64,000 nt of DNA from Hydrolagus colliei (lineage: Eukaryota): the NCBI GenBank assembly GCA_035084275.1, contig CM068743.1:74400001-74464000 (forward strand), in the 5' to 3' direction. The notes below the pieces were generated by a model. That model was not told where the DNA came from. It worked only from the letters and a program-made list of their open reading frames with translations, and did no database searches. Position numbers and translations under genes: made by a program. Below are positions 38,904 to 50,570 of this stretch, in pieces (position 1 is the stretch's first letter; the number at the start of each line of letters is the position of its first letter).

Positions 38904-40393
38904 CACCTTCTGTACATGTGGATGACAGCACCATCCTTTTATTACCACTTCCTTTAATAATTGCTACTTTTTTTTCAAACAAAATGCCTCTCAAATGTGG
39001 CCTTGTTGGAGGAAAGAAAAATCTACGTGCGCTGTTAATGAACAACAATTCGTAAACCAAGATATACTCCTGAAAACTTACAATGTATCTACAGTGGCCA
39101 ACAGGGCTGCACTGACATCCCTTTGGACACTCATGTGAACATATCATCAATACTGCACACAAGTGAGGGACAGAAAGTGACCATCAAAATAACAATGCTG
39201 AACTTCAAACTGGAAGAAAAACAATGTTTGCTTTCACAAACCAATGCACAGTTTCAACCTACACTGGGATACACTACCTCATTCCAACATTTCTTTTATG
39301 TAAATGGCACCAGGGCTATTATTGCCTGTCCTGGGACAGACATTTTGGCCTACCTAGAAACAATCAATTTCTGAAATGGACTTAAATTGAATTTACATTC
39401 TTTCTGCGTAAACTTCAAATTTAAGACAGTGGTCTGAATGCTAAAACTGAGAAATTTCGAGACCATGGTATGCAAGAGAAAAAACAGAAAGAAGTTCAGG
39501 GAAGTGCATCCTTTTAGGAGCATTATTTAGGAAACCAGTTAAACCAATTCCCTGAGCAATTGTGTTTAATTGCAGTTACCATCCAGTGAAACCTCCTTTT
39601 TATTTTTAGAGTATAAATCAAGCTGTCCTTAGCACTGAAATTAAATTATTCATCAGGTCTGTGTTAAATGCGAATGAAAAACGTCAGAGGTTGATTGCTG
39701 ATGTATTAAAATGCTGTCGTAGTTGGTGTGCTTCTAATTTGGAAATGTAACCTAATGTGAATATCTGGAACATGGATTCTGCCTAAATAACAATATTTCT
39801 GGCTTGTTTTTTGTATTGGAGAAGCAGTCCCTGGGCCCTTGAATGGCATCAGTATTTCAACTCTGCCTGTAATGATTAGATAAATGCGTCTTAATATTCT
39901 AGGTGAGGGACAGGAACGTTTGCTGACCAAAGAAGTTTTTATTGAAAGCAATCTCTGATTAAGGTAGAGAAAAGTCACAATGCTAGACATGGAACAAACT
40001 CCATTACCTTGTAGTTGTTGGCTTTCTGATTGGGATGTAATCAACCGGTCTGACTTTTATGTGGATATATGTCTGTTAATCATGGGTTCGCTCACTCATG
40101 CATTCGTCACATCAAGGCTTGACTACGGGAATTCACTCCTCGTCGGCCTTTCCAGCTCTTCCCTTCACAAGCTGCAGATCATCCAAAACACTGCATCCTA
40201 TGTCCTCTCCCGCACTAGGCTCTGCGACCCATCACTCCCACCCTTGCCTGGCTCCATCAGCTCCCATCCCCCAGAGGATCGAATTCAAGATCCTCAACCT
40301 CACTTTCATATAAAAACACTTATTGTTAGTGCCATGGTACAGAAATAACAGGCTGGAGTTATTTGAATATTTCAATAAATATTTACAATACTG

Positions 40394-40582
40394 AAAGGTG
40401 GTGGAGGCCGATTTGATAACAACTTTTAAAAGAGAGGTAGACATTTATTTGGGGAGGACGGGTTTGCATGGTTATGGGGAGGAAGCTGGGGAGTGGGATT
40501 GAATTGCTCTTTTCAATGAGCCAGCACAGACTCGATGGGCCAAATGGCCTCCTTTTGTGCTGTAAGATTCTATGATTCTATG
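40394..40582 (+). mobile_element. CR1 LINE 3' end
   Basis: gatgggccaaatggcctccttttgtgctgtaagattctatgattctatga. Confidence 0.85.
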
Positions 40583-40902
40583 AACACCACAATACTCCTT
40601 GCATTTGATTTTACGCCTTTCATATCATAAGAACAGAAGCTCTTCACATGTCATCAATTTCGGCACAATCCTACACATACATTCCAATAAAGACCTAAAA
40701 TGTAAATAAATGTTATGTATGTTTCTGTTAAACTAATAATTTGAGGTGTCACTCTGGCTCAGTTGGTATCCCTCTTGCTTCTAAATCAGAAAGTTGTGGG
40801 TTCATGTTTAAACTCATATAGTCTTGGTGTGCTATCCTTTAGATGAGACGTTAAACTGAGCTCTTGTCTGCTTGTTTAGTTGTACAGTAAAACCTGGATA
40901 AT

Positions 40903-41400
40903 CATGAAGTCCTGAGGCTCAGTGGTTAGAGTACTTGCCTTACAAGCGTGAGACCTGTGTTCAAATCCATGCAGGTCAGGTCGAAACCTTGGGCAAGTTT
41001 CCTTACTCCACATGCCTAATAATAATCCCTCCAAAAAAACACAATAATAAAATTGGTCATTTCAATCCACGACCATTTGTGGGACACTGCTGTGCACAAT
41101 TGGCTGCTGCGATTCGCTCACAAATATACAGTCAATTCACTTTACAGTATATTCTGTGAAGTGCTTTGAGACAGCACTAAAGCTAAACTATGCCTGAGCT
41201 CCACCCACAGCATCGAGTGACAGAGCAGCCATGCCAGGAACTACAAGCTGCTGTTCCAAATTTCAGGAGATTTGCTGGACATCGGAAAAAAATCTAATAG
41301 TGTTTTCATTTTTAAATCTTGCCGGTTATCGGAATGTCGAATTATCCAGGTTCTAGAAGACATGAAAAGCGCCATATCAAATGCAAGGATTATTCTTATT
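40903..41400 (+). mobile_element. tRNA-derived SINE inserted in a Tigger-like MITE, carrying an inverted flank copy in its tail
   Basis: Head at ~40908; ATAAT repeated at 40898-40902 and 41401-41405 (probable TSD). Confidence 0.88.
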
Positions 41401-41575
41401 ATAATTCGACATTCCGATAACCGGCAAGATTTTAAAATGAAAACACTATTAGATTTTTTTCCGATGTCCAGCAAATCTCCTGAAATTCAGAACAGCAGCT
41501 TGTAGTTCCTGGCATGGCTGCTCTTTCACTCGATGCTGTGGGTGGAGCTCAGGCATAGTTTAGCTTTAGTGCTGT
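41171..41575. repeat. 175-bp inverted repeat (41171-41345 / 41401-41575) with a 55-nt spacer
   Basis: Arms are reverse complements with about 4 mismatches by eye; the ORF track shows mirror ORFs at 41241..41474(-) and 41272..41505(+). Confidence 0.97.
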
Positions 41576-41855
41576 ATTTACAGCCCACGTGGTGTATGGG
41601 GCAGGGCTTCCCCAGCCATTTCTAGGTATGTTCTGAATACCGGCAAACTCAGGCAGGTGAGTGGGCCTGACCGTGCTGGATTATCAAGGTTTTACTGTAT
41701 TTTAAAGATCTCATCACACTATTCAGTAAAACAAGGGAGTTTCTCCTACTGCTGGCAAACTTTCCCCCAGATAATATTGGTCGTTCACTCCATGGTAAAA
41801 CTGTTAAGCGCACCAGGACGCTGTATGATGCTTTTTAAACACAAGTTAAGAGCAC

Positions 41856-42012
41856 AAGAACATAAGAATTAGGAGCAGGAGTAGGCCATTTGGCCCCTCA
41901 AGCTTGCCCCACCATTCAATAAGATTATGGCTGATCTTCTAATCTAACTCCACCTACCCGCCTTATCCCCATATCCCTTAATTCCTTTATCCACAAGAAA
42001 TCTATCAATCTC
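41856..42012 (-). mobile_element. CR1-type LINE 3' end
   Basis: aagaacataagaattaggagcaggagtaggccatt, the reverse complement of the 13443 family. Confidence 0.8.
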
Positions 42013-42282
42013 ATTTGTTGTCGATGGTGGTTGTTCAGCGCCTTGGGAAGTCCTCCCAACGTGAAAGGTGTTTTCTACAAATGTAATTTTGTTGTCATTG
42101 TTAGTGTTGTTGGTTACAGGACAACTAAGTGTACAGATTGGTTGCCGTGTAAGCATACAAAATATAGTCACTACAGTCATTACAATATATCACGTGAAGC
42201 GTTTTGAGACATTCTCCCTGATGTGAAAGATGCTATATCAAATGGAAGCATTATTATTATTTATTATTATTATGTTCTATAG

Positions 42283-42419
42283 GAACCGTGGCAGCAGTAG
42301 CTGGTCTGCATCCTGGCCAGTGCATCATCAAAGTAAACGGGATCAACGTGAGCAAAGAGAGTCACGCAAGTGTGATCGCTCATGTCACAGCGTGCAGAAA
42401 ATACAAACGCCCTTCTCAG
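42283..42419 (+). CDS. PREX2: PREX2 exon (~20), PDZ2: (G)[45 protein letters not shown]
   Basis: tctatag|GAACC ... TCAG|gtaagc; 137 nt. Confidence 0.95.
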
Positions 42420-43194
42420 GTAAGCCTTGGATCTGTTGTGTTTAATGTTGTGTTTTATTGTTTGAGGCAACTTATTCCATGTTTTAACCCGAGACAGTAC
42501 AGAACACTTTCTTTTAAATAAAAAGTAAACTGTTTAACATTTGAGGTCGAATAAGAAAATTGTTGTAGCTATTAAATTTTAATCAATAAAGTTTAATTGA
42601 ATATATAATCATTTTTCCCTTCCTCAACCCCCTTATAGGAATAATAATAATCCTTGCATTTCAGATAGTGCTTTTCACGTCTTCTAGACATCTCAAAGCG
42701 CTTCCCAGAATACACTGTATAGTGAATTGACTATATTTGTGGGCGAAACTTGGTTCCCACTCGCAACTCGGGTGCCAAGCCAAGGGATATGGGTGAATTG
42801 TATGGGAGAATGCATTTTCAGCCATCAAGATCAGGAGTAAAACCAGTGAATCACTCTGTATTTATCCATTCTTTGTAAATTTCATGTTTCTTCGTGAGTG
42901 GTTGATTGATCTGAAAAATATTTGGAAAGATCAGGTATGCCTCTACCTACTGCATATCAGTTACCAATTTGTCTTGCGTGTCTTCTGGCGCCTGTCGATT
43001 TTGCTTCAGATAATTTAATCGGTGAGTGAAGAACTGAATCAATAGTAGAATTGAAACCTGCGATGAGAAAGCAATTGCTTGAATTGAATTACAGGTACTT
43101 AAATCAGCAAGTTGTTGAGATGGGAGAGATGTCCACAAAATTGCAATAAAACCAGACTCTTTACTTAGAATGTGAGTCTACAATTAGGTGTTAG

Positions 43195-43520
43195 TCTGGC
43201 TCAGCTTGGAGCACGCTCACCTCTTGAGTCTAACGATTGTGGGTTTAAGCCCCATGACAGGACTTTTATATCTCACAGTCTAGCGTTACACTCCAGTGCA
43301 GTGCTGGGGGAGTGCTGCAATACCATCCTTTTAATGAGGCATTAACCTGAGGTCCCACCTGTCTGTTCAGGTAATCCCATGGCACTTATTGCAAATAGGA
43401 GGGAGTTTCTCCCAGTGATCTAGCTAACAATCGCCCAATTATAATTGCTTATTAATTTCATGGCTGTCCATGAGAAATACTGCAAAATACAGTTTGCAGT
43501 AAATTTTTTTAGAGACATCT
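43195..43520 (+). mobile_element. Old Deu-domain SINE
   Basis: ggctcagcttggagcacgctc head; actccagtgcagtgctgggggagtgctgca; gaggtcccacctgtctgttcagg. Confidence 0.75.
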
Positions 43521-44289
43521 AGAGACTATTTTTTATCAAAGTTCAAACAACATCAGTAAAACAAGGTTTTCCAGCTCAGTTTGCACATTATAACAATATA
43601 ATAATAACATTATTAATAATGAAAAACAATATTCACTAATACTAAATAATACTTACATTTTAAATAGCTCCTCATCACATTAAAATATGCTTCACAGAAT
43701 TTTTTCTGTAGCATACCCTTACTGTGTATTGCAGGAATTAGCAAATCTGTTTAAACTAAGTTGACTCTACAAATAGACAGACACTATATTTTACAGTGAA
43801 ATTCTGTGAATTGCTTTGCGTTGACCTCTGACACAATAATCAAAGGCAATTGTAGGCCTGCCCTACTTTACGTTTTTAGAAACCAAATTGTTTATTTTTG
43901 TGTTTGTTTGACTTTGTGAGCTGGTAAACCAATGGGCGTAGTTTCTGTATGGTATTCAGCACAGTGTTTGGCTGCTATTCTCTGCAGTATTCACATTATT
44001 GGTAATCTGCACTTCACAACTGATACGCTCTGGTAAGAATAATTATAATCTAAACAAACTGCTACTGTTAGCAGAAAAGAGTTCAAGATAAAAAAAAACA
44101 ATCTTAATTATTGCAGATGATGTTGGCGTACCCTGTTTTTATCCTGTGGAAAATTCCAGCTTGCTTTAAAGAAACAACCCTTTATGCAGGAAGAGAAAGT
44201 TATAGGGATTTAAAAAGCTCTATTATGGGGGGGAAAGGCAACTTTAATGTTGCTAATGTGCATTGTCAGTTCAGAACTCCATTGTAAAC

Positions 44290-45005
44290 TTTGATGGTCC
44301 CATTGGCAACTCCTAAACCACCCCCTTCCCTCCCCCCACCCATCCCCAGCTTGGGTCTGAAACAGTGACTGTCCAGCACCTTGGGACATCCTCCTGACAT
44401 GAAAGGCGCTTTGAAAGTGTCATTTTGTTGTTGATGTTTCCTGATATCCAAGGATGCTGTTCTGCCTGGACACCTTGGTGGAGAGGAGTTCTTGCTGGTC
44501 AACATACATGGGGTTCCCTGCAAGAGAGGCACTATACTTGATGTGCTTTTCAGGTTCAGCAACATCGACAGCAATTTGTACTGCTACAGGCACCTTGCAA
44601 CAACAACAACAACACTTTTATAGCGTCTTTCACATCAGGAGGAAGTCCCAAGGTGCTGGACAGTCATTGTTTCAGACCCGAGCTGGGGACAGGGAGGTTG
44701 GAGGAAAAGGAAGGGATTTGGAGTGGCCGATGGGACCGTCGAAGAAGAAGATCTTGAGGCGGGACTTGAAGGAGGCCAGGGTGGGGATGAGGCAGAGGGA
44801 CTGCAGGATGGAGTTCCAGAGGTTGGGGGCAGTGTGGCTGAAGGATAACCCGCCAATGGTGGGTCAGGTGGGGCGGGGGACGTGGAGCAGGCCGGAGCCT
44901 GCTGAGCAGAGGAGGTGGGCAGGTTGGTAGGAGGTCGCAGATGTAGGGTGTGGTGAGGCCATGGAGGGCTTTGAATGTGAGGACGAGGATCTTGAATTGG
45001 ATCCT
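44290..45005. mobile_element. Two tail-to-tail L2 3' fragments (+ at ~44290-44432, - at ~44598-45005)
   Basis: Mutually reverse-complementary tails; [18 protein letters not shown] on the - strand. Confidence 0.85.
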
Positions 45006-46230
45006 TTGCATAGACTTACATACAACAACAACAACATAAACAAACTTATCATTCATAGAATGATAAGGCCACACAAGTTTACACGCCACAAGAGCTTTGA
45101 AGCTTCAAATCCCCTCATTAACATCCCTCTGTTTTCTTTTCCTTTCACTTGTGCCTCAAACTTCCTCTTATATTGTTTCACCCACAAATATAGTCAATTC
45201 ACATTACAGTATATTCTGTGAAGTGCTTTGAGATGTCTAGAAGACGTGATATCAAGTGCAAGGATTATTTTTATTGTTATTTTATACATTGATGTGTTTT
45301 GTTTAAACCACAGTTTCCAGCAGTGTAATTAAGATTCTCTCCACCCTCTGTGTTAAGAAGAGAAAGGAGGCGAACATCTCAAATTACTTTGTAGAGGTGG
45401 AATGGGAGACAGTAGGGGGTGATAGGGTTAGGGTGGTGGGGTGTCGAGGAGAAAGGAGACGTGATTCGTAGCTTTATATCAAGTGGGCAAAAATAGAATA
45501 AGATACTGCTTTCTTGTGGTTTCTAAACTAACCAGTTGCTTCAATGGTATCAAACACTCCCATTATAATCATTGAAGTCCATTAGATTGATAGACATCAT
45601 TCATCACAAGTGACTAGGACATTAAGTTCCCATTGGTTCCAGTGGAGAGCTTTGCTGTTTGTACTTATAAGATTGACACTATCAATGAAAAGTCTGCCTG
45701 CTTCACTGCAACAGCCATGATAGTGATCTTCCCTTGAAAATTATTTTCGAAAGAAAAATAGTATTGTTATATTTTAAGAGCAGATAATTGACACGGGTTG
45801 GAACAGCTGTCAACCTCCCAGCCATCTTATTAGCAGCAGCTAAAACAATTTCTTCAGAGTGACTTTTTCCCTCTGTGACTGAACTGAAAGGTTGTTGATT
45901 CAAACCCCATGTCGAAAATTGGAATTTATGGGCTGGTTGGTGCTGGGGGGAAGGGCGGGGGAATGCGGAGGGTTGTATTGATGGAGGTGCTGTTTTTTTA
46001 AATGAATCATTATACCAAACTCTGTCTGCTTGTTCAAGTGGACTTTAAAGATTTGCAAAAAAAAACAGCAACCAACGATTGAAAGTAATCTCACCGATCG
46101 CTCCAGTGGTGTCGCCGCTCTGTGGCCAGTTGTCACAAGTATCAGCAGCACAAACAGTCACTCGTGCAAGGAGCCCCCGTGCCCTGAAATTGATCACGTT
46201 GAACCGTGCTATTTTGGTCATTCCTTACAG

Positions 46231-46354
46231 CACGATTCCATTCAGTGGGTGTACAACAATACTGAGAGTGGCCAGGAAGATACCCCCAAATCCAACCTGA
46301 AATCTCCAGGATCAGGAGGAAATGGTAATGATGTACAAGATGGATTTAATGAAG
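46231..46354 (+). CDS. PREX2: PREX2 exon (~21): HDSIQWVYNNTESGQEDTPKSNLKSPGSGGNGNDVQDGFNE
   Basis: cttacag|CAC ... GAAG|gtaagt; 124 nt. Confidence 0.92.
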
Positions 46355-47099
46355 GTAAGTCCACGACCGGTATCGGGGTTCATTTTGGCGAGGACATCCC
46401 ACTTGTTGATTGTGTGTTTCTTAGATGTGCTGGAGGAGAAGCCTGACATTGTTTTTAATGCCGATTAATGTCCACGAACCCAGGAGCCACTTCCTGGAGT
46501 CACCATTGAGAACAGTTGGGGGGTGGTGGGAGTGGGGGATGGTGGCATGAATCCCCTCCACTTATATTCAATGTGATAGTTGTCAAATGTGTTGCCAAAT
46601 TGATTCCATTCTGTTAACACTACCCAAATTCCAACACTATGGTACTAATGCATTCCTGTTTTGAAAAAAAATCTCTTTCTAGCTCAATCCCTTATACCCA
46701 GTCGGAGGTTTCCCTTATAACTCATGTCTCCTCAAATTTTCTTGGGTTTGGAAAGACTTGATAATCCACCACAGATGCCCTCAGTTAAATTCATCCGAGG
46801 CCTGGCCTTTCTTGTAGTCTTTTATGATCATTTCCCAAAATATTCTATAAATGAGAGTGTTGGGAGATGATTTCAAGAAATAAACAGGATTGTTAATGGG
46901 TTTGGAGATATGGGTGAGATCACTGGGTGACTCGTGTGAAGACAAACACTAATGTAAGGTGACCTTAGATTTCTGGAAGTCTTAATCTTTATATCGTTAA
47001 ATTATTTAAATTCAGAATCTTTAAAGCACGGATCATTAAATATTTTTTTAAAAGTAATAATCCTTGCATTTGGTTAAGCGCCTTTCATGCTAAGGATAA

Positions 47100-47510
47100 A
47101 ACAACAGCAACTTGCATTTTTATAGTGCCCTCCATGCTGGGTAGTGTCTCAGAGTGCTTAACAATAGTGGAGCCTGATTCCGAGCTGTGGGGTGAGGTGG
47201 GGGGAGGTTAGGTGGCCATAAGCATGGTCAAAGAGGAAGGTTTTCAGACAGGACTTGCAAAGCGGGAGACAGGTGGTAGGTGGAGGGATTGAGGGGAATG
47301 TTCCAGATTTTGGGGCATAGTGGGTGAAAGAGCAACCTACGATGGTGTGGCAGAGGGTGCAAAGGAGGGGGCCTGTGCCAGTCCAGCGGAGGCGCTGGGT
47401 GGTGGATTGGGGAGTGAGGTTGGAGAGATAGGGAGGTGCCAGGGAGTGAATGGCTTTAAACATGAGCGTGAGGATCTTGAAGTCGATTTGTTCTGTGATG
47501 GGGCCAATGG
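47100..47510 (-). mobile_element. L2 LINE 3' fragment (tail type B)
   Basis: FKAIHSLAPPYLSNL and LKTFLFDHAY motifs. Confidence 0.8.
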
Positions 47511-48295
47511 AGCCCGGCCAGAACTGACGAGATTTAGGTATGGAATTTGGTCCAGGTCAGTATGCAGGCCACACAATTCTGAATCAGCTGGATTGTTTGG
47601 ATGCTGGAGCTGGGGAGACTGGTGAGGAGTGAGTTGGAGCATGTCCCAAAGCACTTCACAGGATATACTGGAATGTGAAGCTTTGTGTTTGAGTGTGTGT
47701 ATGTGTATTTAATATGGATACATATACTGTATATTGAATTGCACAGAAAATTAATTATATTCTGTTGATGTGTTTCTCAGTTGAAGTGAGAAGTAAATGG
47801 ATTATTTGTTTTAAAATGAGAAACTATAATTCTCAATATAAATTCTGGAGAGAATAAAAAAACCTTTCTAAAGTTACTATAATTTCTCTGCGGGGATGAA
47901 TACTGGCAGCAAGCTGCTATCAATATTTAATTTGCAACCCCAGCAGCAGAACGAACTACACCAGGCAGGAAACAGTCCCATTAAATAACCATGAGAAATC
48001 TGTATCCGCTTGTGTTTTTAGGAAGCGAGTGCAATTTTGTCTGCCAGTCAAAAAATTACAATTTTCTGTTGTTGGCTTTCATGCATTCCTTGAGAAAGCT
48101 ATCACACATATCCAAACAAAGAGAGAAGACTGTAATCAGAATTTTCCGCACACAGTCTATTGGGAATGAGAGCGTGTAGTGTAACTTAAGGACTACCTGG
48201 ATGGTTCTTGAATTATGTACATTGTGCAAACTGGTTGTCGCTGGATGCATTTCCTTTTAAATGATTTATAAATGGTATGGTTTTCTTCCGAGTTG

Positions 48296-48780
48296 AACAA
48301 CAACAACAAAATTACACTTGTATAGTGCCTTTCACATCAGGAGGACATCCCAAGGCGACTGACTGCTTCAGACCCGAGCTGGGGACAGGTGTGCGAAGGG
48401 AAAGCGGGGTTTAGGAGTTGCCGAAGGGATCATCGAAGAGGAGGTTCTTGAGGCGGGATTTGAAGAGGTCAGGGAAGGCCAGGGCGAGGCAGAGGGACTG
48501 CGGGATGGAGTTCCAGAGGTTGGGGGCAGAGTGGCTAAAGGCTCTCCCACCAATGGTGGGGTGGGTGGGTTGGGGACATGGTGCAGGCCAGAGCCTGTTG
48601 ATAGGGTAGGTTGATAGGGAGTTAGAAGGTCACGGATGTAGGGTGGGACTGTGAGGGCATTAAATGTGGGGACCAGGATCTTGAATTGGATCCTCTGGTT
48701 GGGGAGCCAATGGAGTCAGGCGAGGATGGCAGAGATGGAGTCACAAAACTTGGAGCGGTAAAGGACACGGGCTGCAGAGT
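48296..48780 (-). mobile_element. L2 LINE 3' fragment (tail type A)
   Basis: (CAA)n tail; similar to 44598-45005. Confidence 0.85.
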
Positions 48781-48782
48781 TT

Positions 48783-49070
48783 AATAATGATAATAATCCT
48801 TGCATTTTGATTTGGCACTTTTCACATCTTCTGGACGTCACAGTAAAGTGAATTAACTGGGCGAAATGTGGCAGTCAATTGCACAAGGCGGTGTCCCACA
48901 TACAGTTGTGGATTGATTGACCAAATGATTTATTTATTTGTTTATTGTGAGAGATTAATACCAGGCATGTGGAGTAATGAAACTTGCCCAAGGTGTTTTG
49001 CCCTGCCTGGAATCGAAACCACGTCTTTTGCTTCTGAGGTGAGTGCTCTAACCACTGAGCTACAGGACTC
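48783..49070 (-). mobile_element. tRNA-derived SINE, antisense
   Basis: Reverse complement of the family, ending accactgagctacaggactcc. Confidence 0.85.
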
Positions 49071-49167
49071 CTATGTTGTCGTGTGTTGAAGGCAATAGTT
49101 AGATTTCCTCTGTTTTTATTTAAAGTGACATGATGTCAAGATGACGTCACAGTTTCTTTCTCCCCAG

Positions 49168-49352
49168 AAGTCTTTGATAAGTTCAATACAATGGCTTTAA
49201 TTGATGGAAAGAAGGATCATGTGAGTCTGACTGTGGATAATGTTCACTTGGAGTATGGTGTGGTGTATGAATACGATAGCACGGCTGGAACAAAATGCCG
49301 TGTGCTGGAGAAAATGAGTGAACCAAAGGGATTTTTCAGTTTAACAGCAAAG
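49168..49352 (+). CDS. PREX2: PREX2 exon (~22): (E)[61 protein letters not shown]
   Basis: tccccag|AAG ... AAAG|gtaagt; 185 nt. Confidence 0.95.
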
Positions 49353-49554
49353 GTAAGTTTGGAAGGATCACTGAGTTGTCCTGTGGTTAAATATCTGTTT
49401 TCTGCTTTCCTGACAAATCAACATCAGGCTTAAAATTTGTGTGGATCTTTATATAATTTGTAATGTACTCTCTTCCTTTCCTTTCCCCATCATTGTAGCA
49501 CTTCTTTGCTTACAATTATACTGTGGAGTAATTTGAATATTTTGCTAAATAAGC

Positions 49555-49925
49555 AATAATTCTTACATTTGTTATAGTGCCTATCACACTGGGATGACAT
49601 CTCAAATCCCTCCACAGTTAAATGTGTATTTTTGTTGAGGAACACGGCAGACCATTTGCACAAAGTTGCCAATTTTATTTGGTAATTGTTGGCCAGGATA
49701 CTGAGAGAAACTCACTTTCCAATTAGTCCTGTGAAATCTTTAACATCTACCTGAACAGGCAGGTGGGACCTCAGTTTGATGCCTCATCTGAAGGATGGTG
49801 GTTCCAACACTGCAGCGGGACCCCCAGTACTGAATTGCAAGCTTAGACTGTGAGTTCAAAGCCCTAACATGGGACTGGAACCCACAACCTTTTGAAACCG
49901 AAGTCAGAGTGCTACCAACTGATGT
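49555..49925 (-). mobile_element. Old Deu-domain SINE, antisense
   Basis: acctgaacaggcaggtgggacctcagtttgatgcctcatctgaagg is the reverse complement of the Deu segment. Confidence 0.75.
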
Positions 49926-50227
49926 AAAAATAACTAACAATATCTTATAAAAGACTGGAATATATTCATGGTTTTGAAATTTCTCTTGTGATATAAATGT
50001 TCAGGAAGTATTTGGATGATGTTTTATGTAAAACTCTCCGAAACTTCTGTCTAGGGGGGCTGCAATTCCCGGAGCTCTTTCAGAAGCCTGGGATTTCAGG
50101 ATTTTAATGCCCCAAATCACAGGATCTGAATGTTACAAGAATGCCTGATTCTCTAAACTAGCGAGATCAGCCTGATGGTGTACACTGCCTTAGAAAAGTA
50201 GCTGTTCAAATCTTCTGCTTCCAAATT

Positions 50228-50570
50228 GAAGTCCTGTGGCATAGTGGTTAGCGCACTTGCCTCGCAAACGAGAGAACCCAGGTTCGATTCCTGAGCAGGG
50301 CAAAACCTCCGCCAAGTTTCTTTGCTCCACACATTCATTTACCGAGCAGTACATAGGAACCCAGTTGTTAGCTGATTGGCAGATCACTTTCTGGGGGTAA
50401 TAATCTCCCCCAAAAAATCCACATCTGTCTGTGAGATAACGCTGTGTGCAATTGCCTGCCACAATTTGCCCACAAAATATAGTCAATACATACTTCACAA
50501 CCTATTCTGCAAAGCACTTTGAGACGCCTCAAAGAAGTGATCAGGCACCATATCAAGTACAAGGATTATT
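50228..50570 (+). mobile_element. tRNA-derived SINE, long variant
   Basis: A-box TGGCATAGTGG, B-box GGTTCGATTCC, extra internal segment, tail. Confidence 0.82.

Larger units (their letters stand above)
40885..41697. mobile_element. Tigger/pogo-like (Tc1-mariner) MITE interrupted by a SINE
   Basis: TA|CAGTAAAACCTGGATAAT ... ATTATCAAGGTTTTACTG|TA. Confidence 0.85.
40745..42273 (+). mobile_element. Old Deu-domain SINE fragmented by nested MITE, SINE, CR1 and L2 insertions
   Basis: Pieces at ~40745-40884, ~41700-41795 and ~42115-42273 are collinear with the other Deu-SINE copies. Confidence 0.65.

Noticed and set aside
41241-41505. Pair of near-identical 77-aa ORFs on opposite strands (toxin-antitoxin-like or duplicated gene)
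   Set aside because: This is a by-product of the inverted duplication of MITE sequence, with non-ATG starts and no coding signal.
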